Source: a virus
Taxonomy: Duplodnaviria > Caudoviricetes
Reading direction: 5' to 3' (one strand)
IMG/VR virus record: IMGVR_UViG_3300023210_000186
Span: 1-26,016 of that record
DNA: 26,016 bases
The notes under the pieces were generated by a model that was given only the letters and a program-made list of their open reading frames with translations, had not been told where the DNA came from and ran no database searches. The position numbers were made by a program, and so were the translations under genes. This document shows, one piece after another, positions 9,374-18,185 of this stretch. Within the stretch, counting starts at the first letter, position 1; each line of letters opens with the position of its first letter.

Positions 9374-10597
9374 ATGGAAAAGATAGAAGTATTTGAGTTG
9401 GTAATAGACACCGACGATGAAAGCGGAGTTACTGCCATCGCACTAGTAGACCAACCTGCAATAGAGTCAAACTGGATGGCGTTCAGTCAACAGACAGAAC
9501 ATAAGTTTAAAGTAGCTGACGAAGAGAAAAGAACTATAGAAGGTTATTTTATGGTAGCTGACTTATTAATCCCAAGAATAGACCCAGACACAGGAGCTAA
9601 ATTCTTTGTTAAATTCTCAGGAAAGACTATAGAATTAATAAGAGAGAAGCAATCAAAGAACGGATTAACTAACAACTTTAATTTAATGCACGACCCTAGA
9701 CAAATAGCTGAGGGTGTATTCATGTTAGATAACCTTATAATTGATAACGAACGCGGAAAGGTAGCACCTAACGAATTTGAGAAAGTACCTAACGGTTCTC
9801 TTTGGGGTTCTGCTAAAGTTGATAACGATGAAATTTGGGAGCAAGTAAAGAACGGAACTTTTAAAGGTTTTAGCGTAGAAGGGATGTTTAAACAACTTGA
9901 GCCTGTAACAATGGATGAAGATGTAATTAACAAAATAATCAAAACTATACAAGACTTTGAAAAAAGTATAGAGGATAATGTACAAGTAACAAATAAACAA
10001 ACAATAGATAATATGAGCAAAGAAACATTAGACAAGGTTAAGAAATTAATCTTTGGAGAAGAAACAGTAGAAACACCTACTGAAGTAATCGAGGTAAAAT
10101 TAATGAGCATGGAGCTTGCAGATGGCACTATGGTAAACATCGAACCTGCATTAGAAGTTGGTGCAATGGTAACTGTAGAAGTAGAGGGTGTAGTAGCTCC
10201 AATACCAAACGGTGAATATCCTTTAGCAGATGGAATGATTATAACTATTTCAGAAGGTGCTATTTCAGACATCAAAGAAGTAGAAGCAGAGGAAGAGGAA
10301 GCAATGGAAACAGAAGCAACTCCACAAGCAACTACTGAAACAGTAACAGAAGCTAAGATTAGAAAGATTATCGAATCTACTGAAACAGTTTTCGCTAAGG
10401 TTGAAACTTTAGAAACTGAATTAGAAACTGTAAAAGCAGAATTTGCTAAATACAAAGAGGAAAGCGATGCAAAAGAGAAAGCAATGTTTTCAGCAGTAGA
10501 GGAGTTAGCAACAGAAGCTAGTGTAGCACCAGTTAAGAAAAAAAGAAGTGGAGTAATATCTGCTAAAAAGAAATCAATTTTTACAGTAAACAAATAA
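9374..10597 (+). CDS. Prohead serine protease (XkdF-like) fused to scaffold domain
   Basis: AIALVDQPAIE, FNLMH and IWEQVKNGTFKGFSVEG motifs; acidic coiled-coil C-terminal half; immediately upstream of the major capsid gene. Confidence 0.8.
   Translation: MEKIEVFELVIDTDDESGVTAIALVDQPAIESNWMAFSQQTEHKFKVADEEKRTIEGYFMVADLLIPRIDPDTGAKFFVKFSGKTIELIREKQSKNGLTNNFNLMHDPRQIAEGVFMLDNLIIDNERGKVAPNEFEKVPNGSLWGSAKVDNDEIWEQVKNGTFKGFSVEGMFKQLEPVTMDEDVINKIIKTIQDFEKSIEDNVQVTNKQTIDNMSKETLDKVKKLIFGEETVETPTEVIEVKLMSMELADGTMVNIEPALEVGAMVTVEVEGVVAPIPNGEYPLADGMIITISEGAISDIKEVEAEEEEAMETEATPQATTETVTEAKIRKIIESTETVFAKVETLETELETVKAEFAKYKEESDAKEKAMFSAVEELATEASVAPVKKKRSGVISAKKKSIFTVNK
9979..10015 (+). promoter_or_regulatory. 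Putative phage late promoter, copy 2, inside the protease CDS (TGTACAAGTAA-N11-ACAATAGATAATATG)
   Basis: Same motif and spacing; terminal ATG 10013 is in frame with the protease (codon 214). Confidence 0.75.
10013..10597 (+). CDS. Nested in-frame scaffolding protein, 194 aa (MSKETLDKVKKLIFG...)
   Basis: In-frame ATG at the end of the conserved motif; acidic coiled coil with basic C-terminal tail; analogous to lambda C/Nu3. Confidence 0.65.
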   Translation: MSKETLDKVKKLIFGEETVETPTEVIEVKLMSMELADGTMVNIEPALEVGAMVTVEVEGVVAPIPNGEYPLADGMIITISEGAISDIKEVEAEEEEAMETEATPQATTETVTEAKIRKIIESTETVFAKVETLETELETVKAEFAKYKEESDAKEKAMFSAVEELATEASVAPVKKKRSGVISAKKKSIFTVNK

Positions 10598-10612
10598 TAA
10601 AAAAAAAGAATT

Positions 10613-11554
10613 ATGGCATTTGACGTAACAGCATTATCAGCATACATAGAAGACCAAGACTTTCCATTAATTGCACAGATGCAGGCGACAGGAGGATTGG
10701 CAGAAGTAGCTAACATTCAAACAGGAATTAAAGGCTCTTCTAATTTACAATTCTTAGACACAGGAGTTACATTTGGTAGCGATTCATGTGCTAGAACTCC
10801 ATCAGGAAATGCAGTATTTTCACAAAGAACAATCACAGTAGGAGCTATCGCAGTATCTGAAGATTTATGTGTAAAAGACTTAAACGGATATTGGGCGCAA
10901 GTTCTAGTTAAAAAAGGAGCAGCAGGAGAAGAGGAACTTCCTATGGAGATTGAAGCGGTTTACATGGCAAAGAAAATGAATGCAATGGCTAACGCTTTAA
11001 CTTTAGCAGACTTTCAAGGAGACACAGCTTCAGCAACTAACAACCTATCTTACTACGATGGTCTTTTGAAAATTGTAGATGCAGGAGCACCAGTAGATGG
11101 AAACACAGGAGCTGTAACAGTAGCGACTACTATTTCAACTTCTAACGTACTTGACATCTTGGATGGAATGTGGGAGTCTATTCCTGACAATATCTCAGAT
11201 GCAGAAGATTTATCTTTATGGGTACCGACATCAGTTTACAAAAAATATGTAGTAGCACTTAAAAACGCTAACCTATTTCATTATTCAGCAGATGGAGAGC
11301 AAGTAAAACTTTATGGAACTAACGTAGCTTTACGTTCTACAGTTGGACTTCCAGGAGCAGCAGGAACAGAGAGAATGATTTTAACTAGAGATTCTAACAT
11401 CACTATCGGAATGGATGGAGATGCTGACGAGGATGCAATGAAAGTAAGACTAGACCCTGTTTCTGAAAAAAGCATTTTCTTTGACGTTACTTTCAAAAGA
11501 GGCGTACAGTTAAATTTCATTGACGAAGTAGTAGAATTTACATTAGTACCTTAA
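10613..11554 (+). CDS. Major capsid protein
   Basis: 313 aa, after protease/scaffold and followed by a strong terminator; FSQRTITVGAIAVSEDLCVKDL pattern resembles Bacteroidota phage capsid proteins. Confidence 0.85.
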   Translation: MAFDVTALSAYIEDQDFPLIAQMQATGGLAEVANIQTGIKGSSNLQFLDTGVTFGSDSCARTPSGNAVFSQRTITVGAIAVSEDLCVKDLNGYWAQVLVKKGAAGEEELPMEIEAVYMAKKMNAMANALTLADFQGDTASATNNLSYYDGLLKIVDAGAPVDGNTGAVTVATTISTSNVLDILDGMWESIPDNISDAEDLSLWVPTSVYKKYVVALKNANLFHYSADGEQVKLYGTNVALRSTVGLPGAAGTERMILTRDSNITIGMDGDADEDAMKVRLDPVSEKSIFFDVTFKRGVQLNFIDEVVEFTLVP

Positions 11555-11578
11555 TAAGTACTTTAACAATAACTTAAG

Positions 11579-11611
11579 AAGGGGTGGGTAAAATACCTTA
11601 CCCCTTTTTTT
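11579..11611 (+). terminator. Intrinsic terminator after the capsid gene
   Basis: AAGGGGTGGG...CTTACCCCTT stem followed by a T-run. Confidence 0.85.
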
Positions 11612-11684
11612 ATAACAAAACAATAATAATAACTTAAAGTTATAGTTTAACTAAATACTGTAACTTACTAAAAATCAATAAGAT

Positions 11685-12203
11685 ATGGCGTGCAATTTGA
11701 CACAAGGTAGAGCAATAGACTGCCGAAACAGTACAGGAGGAATTGAGGAAGTTTTAATAGCTAACTTTGATGACATAACTATCACATCTGTAGCAGCAGG
11801 AGTATTAACAGGATTAACTCAAGCAGCAGCTACTAGCTTTTATCGTTACTCCTTAGAAAAGGAAAACGGTTCTTTAGTAGAAACACATACAGGGTCTTTA
11901 GAGAATGGAACTAATGTTTATGATTCTGTCTTAGACTTTAACACTAAAAACTTAACAGCATCAGAAAGCGAGGAGCTAACACTTTTAGACCAAGCTAGAT
12001 TGTTCGTGATTGTAAAAGATATGAATGGAATTTATTGGAGCGTAGGCGCATATCACGCAGCAGATAAATTGACAGGAACATCTGTAACAGGTGCAGCGTT
12101 TGGAGATTTGAATGGCTACACATATTCAATTTCGGCTAAAGAGTCTGTTCGAATGTTAGAGGTAGATGCATCTACTGTAATTGCAGGGTTAACAATTTCA
12201 TAG
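11685..12203 (+). CDS. Major tail (tube) protein
   Basis: 172 aa, MACNLTQGRAIDCRNSTGGI...TGAAFGDLNGYTYSISAKE; size, beta-rich pattern and flanking terminators fit a high-copy tube protein. Confidence 0.7.
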   Translation: MACNLTQGRAIDCRNSTGGIEEVLIANFDDITITSVAAGVLTGLTQAAATSFYRYSLEKENGSLVETHTGSLENGTNVYDSVLDFNTKNLTASESEELTLLDQARLFVIVKDMNGIYWSVGAYHAADKLTGTSVTGAAFGDLNGYTYSISAKESVRMLEVDASTVIAGLTIS

Positions 12204-12220
12204 TTTTAAACAACTAATTA

Positions 12221-12254
12221 AGAGAGGGCAGTATTAATTTATTGCCCTTTTTTT
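12221..12254 (+). terminator. Intrinsic terminator after the tail tube gene
   Basis: AGGGCAGTA-TTAATT-TATTGCCCT followed by a T-run. Confidence 0.85.
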
Positions 12255-12262
12255 GTTTATAC

Positions 12263-12299
12263 TATACAACTAAGTAAAAAAATTACAATAGATAATATG
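12263..12299 (+). promoter_or_regulatory. Putative phage late promoter, copy 3 (TATACAACTAA-N11-ACAATAGATAATATG)
   Basis: Directly after a terminator; ends on ATG 12297, which opens the portal operon. Confidence 0.8.
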
Positions 12300-12470
12300 G
12301 AACTAAAAAAAGAGTTTTTAAAAGGCGGTACAGTTTGGCACAAAGTAGTCGGGCACGTTACCATAGTGAACGATGAAAAACAGTTTGCGAAGTACAAAAA
12401 ATTAGGGTTAGATGTTTTTAAAGTTGAGAAAAAAAAGAAGGAAAAGAAAGACAAAAGCGATTCTGAATAA
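12297..12470 (+). CDS. Small Lys-rich hypothetical protein, 57 aa (MELKKEFLKGG...KDKSDSE), not in ORF track
   Basis: Starts at the motif ATG; stop overlaps the next start (TAATG). Confidence 0.7.
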   Translation: MELKKEFLKGGTVWHKVVGHVTIVNDEKQFAKYKKLGLDVFKVEKKKKEKKDKSDSE

Positions 12471-12865
12471 TGCCAATTTTAATAAACCAAAATACAACAA
12501 ACAGTCTGACGTTTACACTAAAGGAAAAGACTACATTATCTTCTCCAGTCTACCTATTTCAATTTAGGAACGTAACAGAGAAAGTAAGTTACTATTGTAT
12601 AATGGCTGACATCTCTTTATATAAAGATAGGTATAACGAATTTGTATTTACAGAAGGAACTAACCTACCATTAGTAGGCGAGCTTATACTAGGAGCAGGC
12701 GGACAATATGAGTACTTTGCTTATGAGCAAACTAGCACTACTAACCTAGACCCTACACTTGCAACTGGCTTAGTAGAAAGCGGTCTAATGACACTAGAGA
12801 GAGGTAGTACTACTTACTCAGAACATACGATAGACCAAACATATAAAACACATCAGGTAACATGA
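12470..12865 (+). CDS. Hypothetical beta-rich virion protein
   Basis: 131 aa, coupled to both neighbours. Confidence 0.6.
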   Translation: MPILINQNTTNSLTFTLKEKTTLSSPVYLFQFRNVTEKVSYYCIMADISLYKDRYNEFVFTEGTNLPLVGELILGAGGQYEYFAYEQTSTTNLDPTLATGLVESGLMTLERGSTTYSEHTIDQTYKTHQVT

Positions 12866-14781
12866 TGAACAAAGAAAATATTTTAATCTTTAACTTTGAA
12901 GCTAATAAGCCTCCAGTATTTAAAGAGGAAAGAGGTAAAGACTATATTGTATATGGCACAGAAGCACCTTGGAAAAATTTATATCCAGACTATTTAGTTG
13001 AGCTTTACAATACTTCAGGAAAGCACAATGCTATAATCAACGGTAAGACTAACTACATAAGTGGTAGAGGTTGGAAAGTAGACCAAACTGTAAGAACACT
13101 ACAGGACAAAGTAAAGCTAGAAAACTTTATTAATAATCCTGGAAACGATTCACTATTTGAACTTACTAAAAAGATAGTAAAAGACAATGAGCTTTATGGC
13201 GGTTATGCTTTGGAGGTTATTGTAACTAAAGATGGCAAAGGATTAATTATTAATCATATTGATTTTGGATATATTAGAGTAGGAGTAGAGGAGGATACGT
13301 ACTTTTATACAGACGATTGGGCAAGTAGAAAGCCTACATCAAATGATGACTTTGAAACATTAATCCCGTTCCCTTTTGATGGTTCAGCAGTAAGAGGACA
13401 GAGATACATTTGCTACTATAAGAGCTATAGACCAAACTTAAAAGAATACCCTTTACCAAATTACGTGGCAGGAGTACCGTATATAAGTGCGGACTATGAA
13501 GTAGCTAACTACGTGTTAAACAATACTAAGAACGGTTATTCAGGCGGCACGATTTGGAACTTTCACAATGGGCAACCTACTCAAGAAGCTCAAGCATATA
13601 TTAAAAAACAAATTAAGAATAAGCATCATGGTTCAAATAATGCAGGTGAGCCAGTTATAATCTTTGATGACGGAAAGGACAAAGGAGTAGAAATAATTTC
13701 TACTAACCCAAACGGTCAAGATGACAAGTTTATTAACTTAAACCAACAGATACAAGATGAAATCTTTACAGCTCATGGAGTAGATGCTTCTGTATTTATT
13801 AAAACAATAGACACAGGGTTTAGTAATAACGCAGATGAATTAAGAGTAGCTATTGAGGCAATGAATAGCTCATACATCGAACCTAACCAACGATTATACG
13901 AAAAGCTATTTAATGACTTTGTTGTATTACTTGGAATGCCTAGTGGTCTTAAAATAGAAAAGGTATTACCTATCTCTACTCCACTATCTGAAACTGCTTT
14001 AACTGCTGTAATGACTACAGCCGAAATAAGAGATATGGCAGGCTTACCGCCTTTAGCGGGTGAGGAGAAATCAGCAGGAGGAGCAGCAGACAAACTAGCT
14101 ACACTATCTCCTTTGGTTGCGACTAAGGTATTAGACAAGATGACTGATGAAGAGATTAGAGGCTTGATTGGTTTAAGAGGTAGAGGTCCAGTAGTAACAG
14201 AAACAGAAACTAGGTTTAGTAGTGATGAAATAGACTTAGCATTTAGTAAGATAGGTTATACAGATGACCAAATAGAAGTTATAGAGGTATTCGATATTGA
14301 CTATAACCCTTTCGACTTTGCGGATATGTCAGCAATAGATAGCCAAATAATAGACATCGTTAAAGCTAATCCCAAAACTACAGTACCTGAGATAAGCGAC
14401 CAAGTAGGAGAAACTCCTAGCGAAGTTCAAAAGAGAATAGATAGACTAGTTAAGAATGGATTGTTAGACCTACAGAAAACTAAAATAAAAGTAACTGAGG
14501 AAGGGGAGCAGGAAGTTTCAGAACTTATCACAGTTTACAAATACCAAAAGAGAGCCGACATAAGCGGTAGCGAAATAATCGCAGGTACTAGAGATTACTG
14601 TAGAGATATGTTAGCTAGGGATAAGAGCTACACTAGACAGGAGCTACTAGGAATGGTTAACGATTTTGGACAAAGTACATTTACTCACAGAGGAGGATGG
14701 TGGAATAGGAACGGAAACAGAGTGCCTTACTGTAGGCACGTATGGTCTGCTAGAACGGTCAAACTTAAACAAAATGCTTAG
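12862..14781 (+). CDS. Portal protein with C-terminal winged-HTH and MuF/gp7-like extension
   Basis: LYNTSGKHNAII, GSNNAG, QIQDEIFTAHGV and MTTAEIRDMAGLPPL are portal-like motifs; C-terminus ends ...RDYC...GGWW...YCRHVW. Confidence 0.8.
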   Translation: MMNKENILIFNFEANKPPVFKEERGKDYIVYGTEAPWKNLYPDYLVELYNTSGKHNAIINGKTNYISGRGWKVDQTVRTLQDKVKLENFINNPGNDSLFELTKKIVKDNELYGGYALEVIVTKDGKGLIINHIDFGYIRVGVEEDTYFYTDDWASRKPTSNDDFETLIPFPFDGSAVRGQRYICYYKSYRPNLKEYPLPNYVAGVPYISADYEVANYVLNNTKNGYSGGTIWNFHNGQPTQEAQAYIKKQIKNKHHGSNNAGEPVIIFDDGKDKGVEIISTNPNGQDDKFINLNQQIQDEIFTAHGVDASVFIKTIDTGFSNNADELRVAIEAMNSSYIEPNQRLYEKLFNDFVVLLGMPSGLKIEKVLPISTPLSETALTAVMTTAEIRDMAGLPPLAGEEKSAGGAADKLATLSPLVATKVLDKMTDEEIRGLIGLRGRGPVVTETETRFSSDEIDLAFSKIGYTDDQIEVIEVFDIDYNPFDFADMSAIDSQIIDIVKANPKTTVPEISDQVGETPSEVQKRIDRLVKNGLLDLQKTKIKVTEEGEQEVSELITVYKYQKRADISGSEIIAGTRDYCRDMLARDKSYTRQELLGMVNDFGQSTFTHRGGWWNRNGNRVPYCRHVWSARTVKLKQNA

Positions 14782-14929
14782 TAGTTACCAACGGTTAAAG
14801 TTTAAAAAGGATTTAGCGGTTAAAGTAGCTGAGGAATTAAAAGAGGATATTGAGTTTGTGATATTATACCCACATACAGCAAGAGCAAAGAATATAAGAA
14901 GGGAAGTAAAAGAGAAAAACAATGGCTAG
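14774..14929 (+). CDS. Hypothetical protein, 51 aa (start moved to ATG 14774)
   Basis: In-frame ATG within ORF 14666..14929 gives 8-nt overlaps with both neighbours. Confidence 0.55.
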   Translation: MLSSYQRLKFKKDLAVKVAEELKEDIEFVILYPHTARAKNIRREVKEKNNG

Positions 14930-15476
14930 AACATTACTTATAGATATGGACTACATAAAGGATAACTCTATCCTAGATGACAATGTAGACGAGCGACTTA
15001 TGGTAGATGCGCTCTGGACTTCGCAACGTGAATACATTAAACCGATTCTAGGAACTGATTTATTCGATGACATTATAAGCAAAGCAGGTTTAGGAACTCT
15101 AGCAGGGAATGATTTAATCTTAGTTAATACTTATATAGCTCCATGCTTATTAAAGTACTTAGTATTTGAGATGACACCGATACTAGCTTACAAGTACAGA
15201 AATAAAGGAGTAGTACAGCAGAACTCAGAGAACAGCCAAGTAACTTCATTCGATGACCTTAACCATTTATTAAATAGGTGGCGAGATAAAGCAGAGATGT
15301 TTGCAGAGGACATAATTAGTTACCTATGTGCTAACTCTACACTATTCCCATTATATACTAGCAACTCAGATGCAGATGACATCTATCCTAGCAACTCTGC
15401 TTTTACTGGTGGCTTATATTTAGGTAATGGAAAGTCTAGGGGTGGCTTTGACTACTTAAGAGATTGTTGCGATTAA
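14922..15476 (+). CDS. Putative head-tail adaptor
   Basis: 184 aa, helical, downstream of portal (DNVDERLM...QREYIKPILGTDLF). Inferred from position and pattern. Confidence 0.55.
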   Translation: MARTLLIDMDYIKDNSILDDNVDERLMVDALWTSQREYIKPILGTDLFDDIISKAGLGTLAGNDLILVNTYIAPCLLKYLVFEMTPILAYKYRNKGVVQQNSENSQVTSFDDLNHLLNRWRDKAEMFAEDIISYLCANSTLFPLYTSNSDADDIYPSNSAFTGGLYLGNGKSRGGFDYLRDCCD

Positions 15477-15540
15477 AATATGGGAAAAAATAAAGTAAAG
15501 AAATTTAGTATAGTTGATAAGAAGCTAAGAAAGTTTAGAA

Positions 15541-15996
15541 ATGAAGATAACGTACAATCAAATAATAAAACAATTCGAGGACTTCGCAACAGCTCACAAA
15601 CAAATAAATGAGTTTGGAGTAGGAGATTTGTGGGAAGTAGTACAGCATGATTCTTTATTAAAGGACTTTAACTACCCTTTATTATTTGTCCAGGATAGCC
15701 CTGCAAGTGTAGGCGATGGCTTTATAACTAACAGCTTTAACATCCTAGTAATGGATAAAGCTAATGAAGGTACTATCGAAACAGAAGTAAAGTCAGATAC
15801 CTTGTTAACCTTATTAGATGTATTGGCTTACTTTGATAAACTCTATACAGATAATTGGAAGTTTGTAAGCCTACAAAAGAATGGAAGTGTAAGCAGTTTT
15901 ACAGAGAGATTCGATGACACATTAACAGGATGGACAATGTCTATCCAATTTACACAGCCACTAGCATACGATGAATGCCAAATACCACAAAATTAA
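15541..15996 (+). CDS. Putative tail terminator/completion protein
   Basis: 151 aa, acidic, YPLLFV...FTERFDDTLTGW pattern. Confidence 0.55.
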   Translation: MKITYNQIIKQFEDFATAHKQINEFGVGDLWEVVQHDSLLKDFNYPLLFVQDSPASVGDGFITNSFNILVMDKANEGTIETEVKSDTLLTLLDVLAYFDKLYTDNWKFVSLQKNGSVSSFTERFDDTLTGWTMSIQFTQPLAYDECQIPQN

Positions 15997-16008
15997 TAAA
16001 TAAATAAA

Positions 16009-16281
16009 ATGACAAACTCAGGAGAATTAATCGCTATCAATGGCGTAATTGTAGTAAACGATACAGTAGAGAATACAACCCATGCAGACTCTTACTACGT
16101 AGCAGAAGATACAGTAATAGCAAGTATCAAAATTAACGGAGCAGCGACAGATGTTAAAGCTACTTATATTTCAGCACCTGCAACAGCAGTAAAAGGAGGA
16201 GTATTAATAACACCACAAAGCGGTGCTTACTTTTCAGGAATAACTTTAACAAGCGGTTCGGTAGTAGTAATCTTAAAATAA
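16009..16281 (+). CDS. Small beta-rich virion protein
   Basis: 90 aa ending ITLTSGSVVVILK; precedes the candidate RBP. Confidence 0.55.
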   Translation: MTNSGELIAINGVIVVNDTVENTTHADSYYVAEDTVIASIKINGAATDVKATYISAPATAVKGGVLITPQSGAYFSGITLTSGSVVVILK

Positions 16282-16287
16282 GTATTT

Positions 16288-17124
16288 ATGTATGGATACG
16301 GTTACAGATATAACAGCGGTCTAGTAGTAAGTGGAGGCGGTGGAGGCGGTGCTTCTTATTTAGTAGATGACTTCGCTCCTTACATAGCTTATGATTTGCG
16401 TAAAATTTCAAGCACAGCAACTAATTCTATAAGGGTTAGGAGGCTTAGTGATAACACTGAGCAAGACATTGGTTTTAACGGAGATGCTTTAGACGAGTTA
16501 GCTTTAACTACATTCTGTAGTGGAACAGATGGCTTTGTAACTACCTTCTACGACCAAAGTGGAAACTCTTTAGATGCTGTAATGGCTACTGCTTCAAGTC
16601 AACCACGTATTTGTTTAAATGGCGTTATTGACTCTGTTAACGGTAAACCTGCTATTTTAGGAGATGGGGTTAACGATAGCTTAAGGGTTGCAAGTTTAGT
16701 TGGCTCTTTACCTAATACTCAATTTACACTTTACGACAAGGTAGGAACAAGTGGTTATTTTGGTGCTTTTGACAATACTAATGTAACTGGTTTTGGTCTT
16801 GGTGCAAATGGTTCAAGAATTTATCAAAATGGCGCAGCGCTTAGTCCTTTTTCAACTTTGAATACACAAGCGTTATTAATGATGAAATCAACAGAATTAA
16901 CTACTTCGGATTGGAAATTTTATGAGAATGGTAGCGAAATAACTAATAGTGGTGTAGATATAGGCACATCTATTTATAATAACATTAGTCTATTTGACCG
17001 TTCAAATAACCAGTCAAGATGTAATATGTATGTTCAGACTTACCTAATGTTTAATTCAGACGAATCAATAACAAATAGAATAGCTATTCAAGACAATATA
17101 AACACTTATTATACAATTTATTAA
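16288..17124 (+). CDS. Candidate receptor-binding/fibre protein with ConA/LamG (arabinofuranosidase-B-like) domain
   Basis: MYGYGY...GGGGGG linker, then AYDLRKI...IRVRRLSDNTEQDIGF...FVTTFYDQSGN, a pattern seen in ConA-like domains of phage fibres. Confidence 0.6.
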   Translation: MYGYGYRYNSGLVVSGGGGGGASYLVDDFAPYIAYDLRKISSTATNSIRVRRLSDNTEQDIGFNGDALDELALTTFCSGTDGFVTTFYDQSGNSLDAVMATASSQPRICLNGVIDSVNGKPAILGDGVNDSLRVASLVGSLPNTQFTLYDKVGTSGYFGAFDNTNVTGFGLGANGSRIYQNGAALSPFSTLNTQALLMMKSTELTTSDWKFYENGSEITNSGVDIGTSIYNNISLFDRSNNQSRCNMYVQTYLMFNSDESITNRIAIQDNINTYYTIY

Positions 17125-17125
17125 T

Positions 17126-17368
17126 ATGATAGTTACTGGATATAAATTTTTAACAATAGAAGATTTTAATACTTCTAATTATTTACTGAATAATCATTAT
17201 GGGATACCTGTAAATGATACAGATACTACTCGAAATTGGATAGCTTACTCAATAAGTTACAATCTTAATAATTCGGTTGATTTTTATTATTGTATTTGCG
17301 ATGAGACAGCAATTTTAGGCGCGCCAACAGAATTTGAAGTTCGCAATATGATAGATATGTTAAAATAA
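17126..17368 (+). CDS. Hypothetical protein (possible fibre-associated chaperone)
   Basis: 80 aa, starts 1 nt after the RBP candidate. Confidence 0.5.
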   Translation: MIVTGYKFLTIEDFNTSNYLLNNHYGIPVNDTDTTRNWIAYSISYNLNNSVDFYYCICDETAILGAPTEFEVRNMIDMLK

Positions 17369-17386
17369 ATTAAAACAATTTTAGGA

Positions 17387-17701
17387 ATGGAGGGGATGGA
17401 GGCTACTTTTATTTTAAAAGATGTTATTTACATAGTTGTGGGAGTTGGCTCTGCTTTGGGCTTCTATTGGAAAATGGTTATTAGCGACAATAGGCAAGAC
17501 GATAAGATTAAACAGATGAAGAAAGACATAGAAAAGAATGAATCTGTAATGTTTAAGAAGTTCTCAGGCATACATTCACGAATGGAAAAGAACGAGGAGA
17601 AAACTAAAGAAACTAACGACATCTTTAATAAAGAAATAAACGAGGTTAAAATAGGCATCTCCACAATTAACGGAAAGTTAGACATTCTAATAAACAAATA
17701 A
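17387..17701 (+). CDS. Single-TM coiled-coil membrane protein (holin/antiholin candidate)
   Basis: TM VIYIVVGVGSALGFYW followed by a coiled coil; coupled to the endolysin. Confidence 0.55.
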   Translation: MEGMEATFILKDVIYIVVGVGSALGFYWKMVISDNRQDDKIKQMKKDIEKNESVMFKKFSGIHSRMEKNEEKTKETNDIFNKEINEVKIGISTINGKLDILINK

Positions 17702-18135
17702 TGTATAGATTTAGCAAAAGAAGTTTAGAACGTATTGAAGGGATAAACCCTTTATTAATTACTATTTTAAAAGAAGCTATTAAAGACAGCCCTTATGACT
17801 TTGGCATTCCTAGAGATGGAGGCTTTAGAACCTACAGAAGGCAGGAAGAGCTTTACGCTAGAGGTAGAACTACAAATGAGTTAATTGAAAAGGGTATTGT
17901 AGGCATAGAGGGTAGACCTGACAAAAGCAGGATTACATGGACACTTAAAAGCTATCACATGACTGGAAATGCAGTAGATATATACTGCTACTTTGATAAT
18001 CGGGCAAATTGGGATTTAAAGTACTTAGAACCGATAGCAAAACATTTAATAGAAGTAGCGGCAAAGCATGGAGTAATTTTAAGTTGGGGTCAAGACCTTT
18101 GGGGTAAGGATGGCGCACATTTTCAAATAGATTAA
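17701..18135 (+). CDS. Endolysin, M15 family (L-Ala-D-Glu peptidase-like)
   Basis: GFRTYRRQEELYARGRT, SYHMTGNAVD and WG...DGAHFQ Zn-peptidase motifs. Confidence 0.9.
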   Translation: MYRFSKRSLERIEGINPLLITILKEAIKDSPYDFGIPRDGGFRTYRRQEELYARGRTTNELIEKGIVGIEGRPDKSRITWTLKSYHMTGNAVDIYCYFDNRANWDLKYLEPIAKHLIEVAAKHGVILSWGQDLWGKDGAHFQID

Positions 18136-18185
18136 TAGTAACTTATAAGTTACATATACATATAATTTAATTTAAAAAAGCATAC

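Noticed and set aside
9544-10716. 390-aa minus-strand ORF
   Set aside because: Antisense shadow of the protease/scaffold/capsid genes; Ser/Val/Ile-rich without motifs, as expected from the + strand codon bias.
15480-15611. 43-aa basic ORF MGKNKVKKFSIVDKKLRK...
   Set aside because: Overlaps the next gene by 71 nt; plausible but not supportable without homologs.
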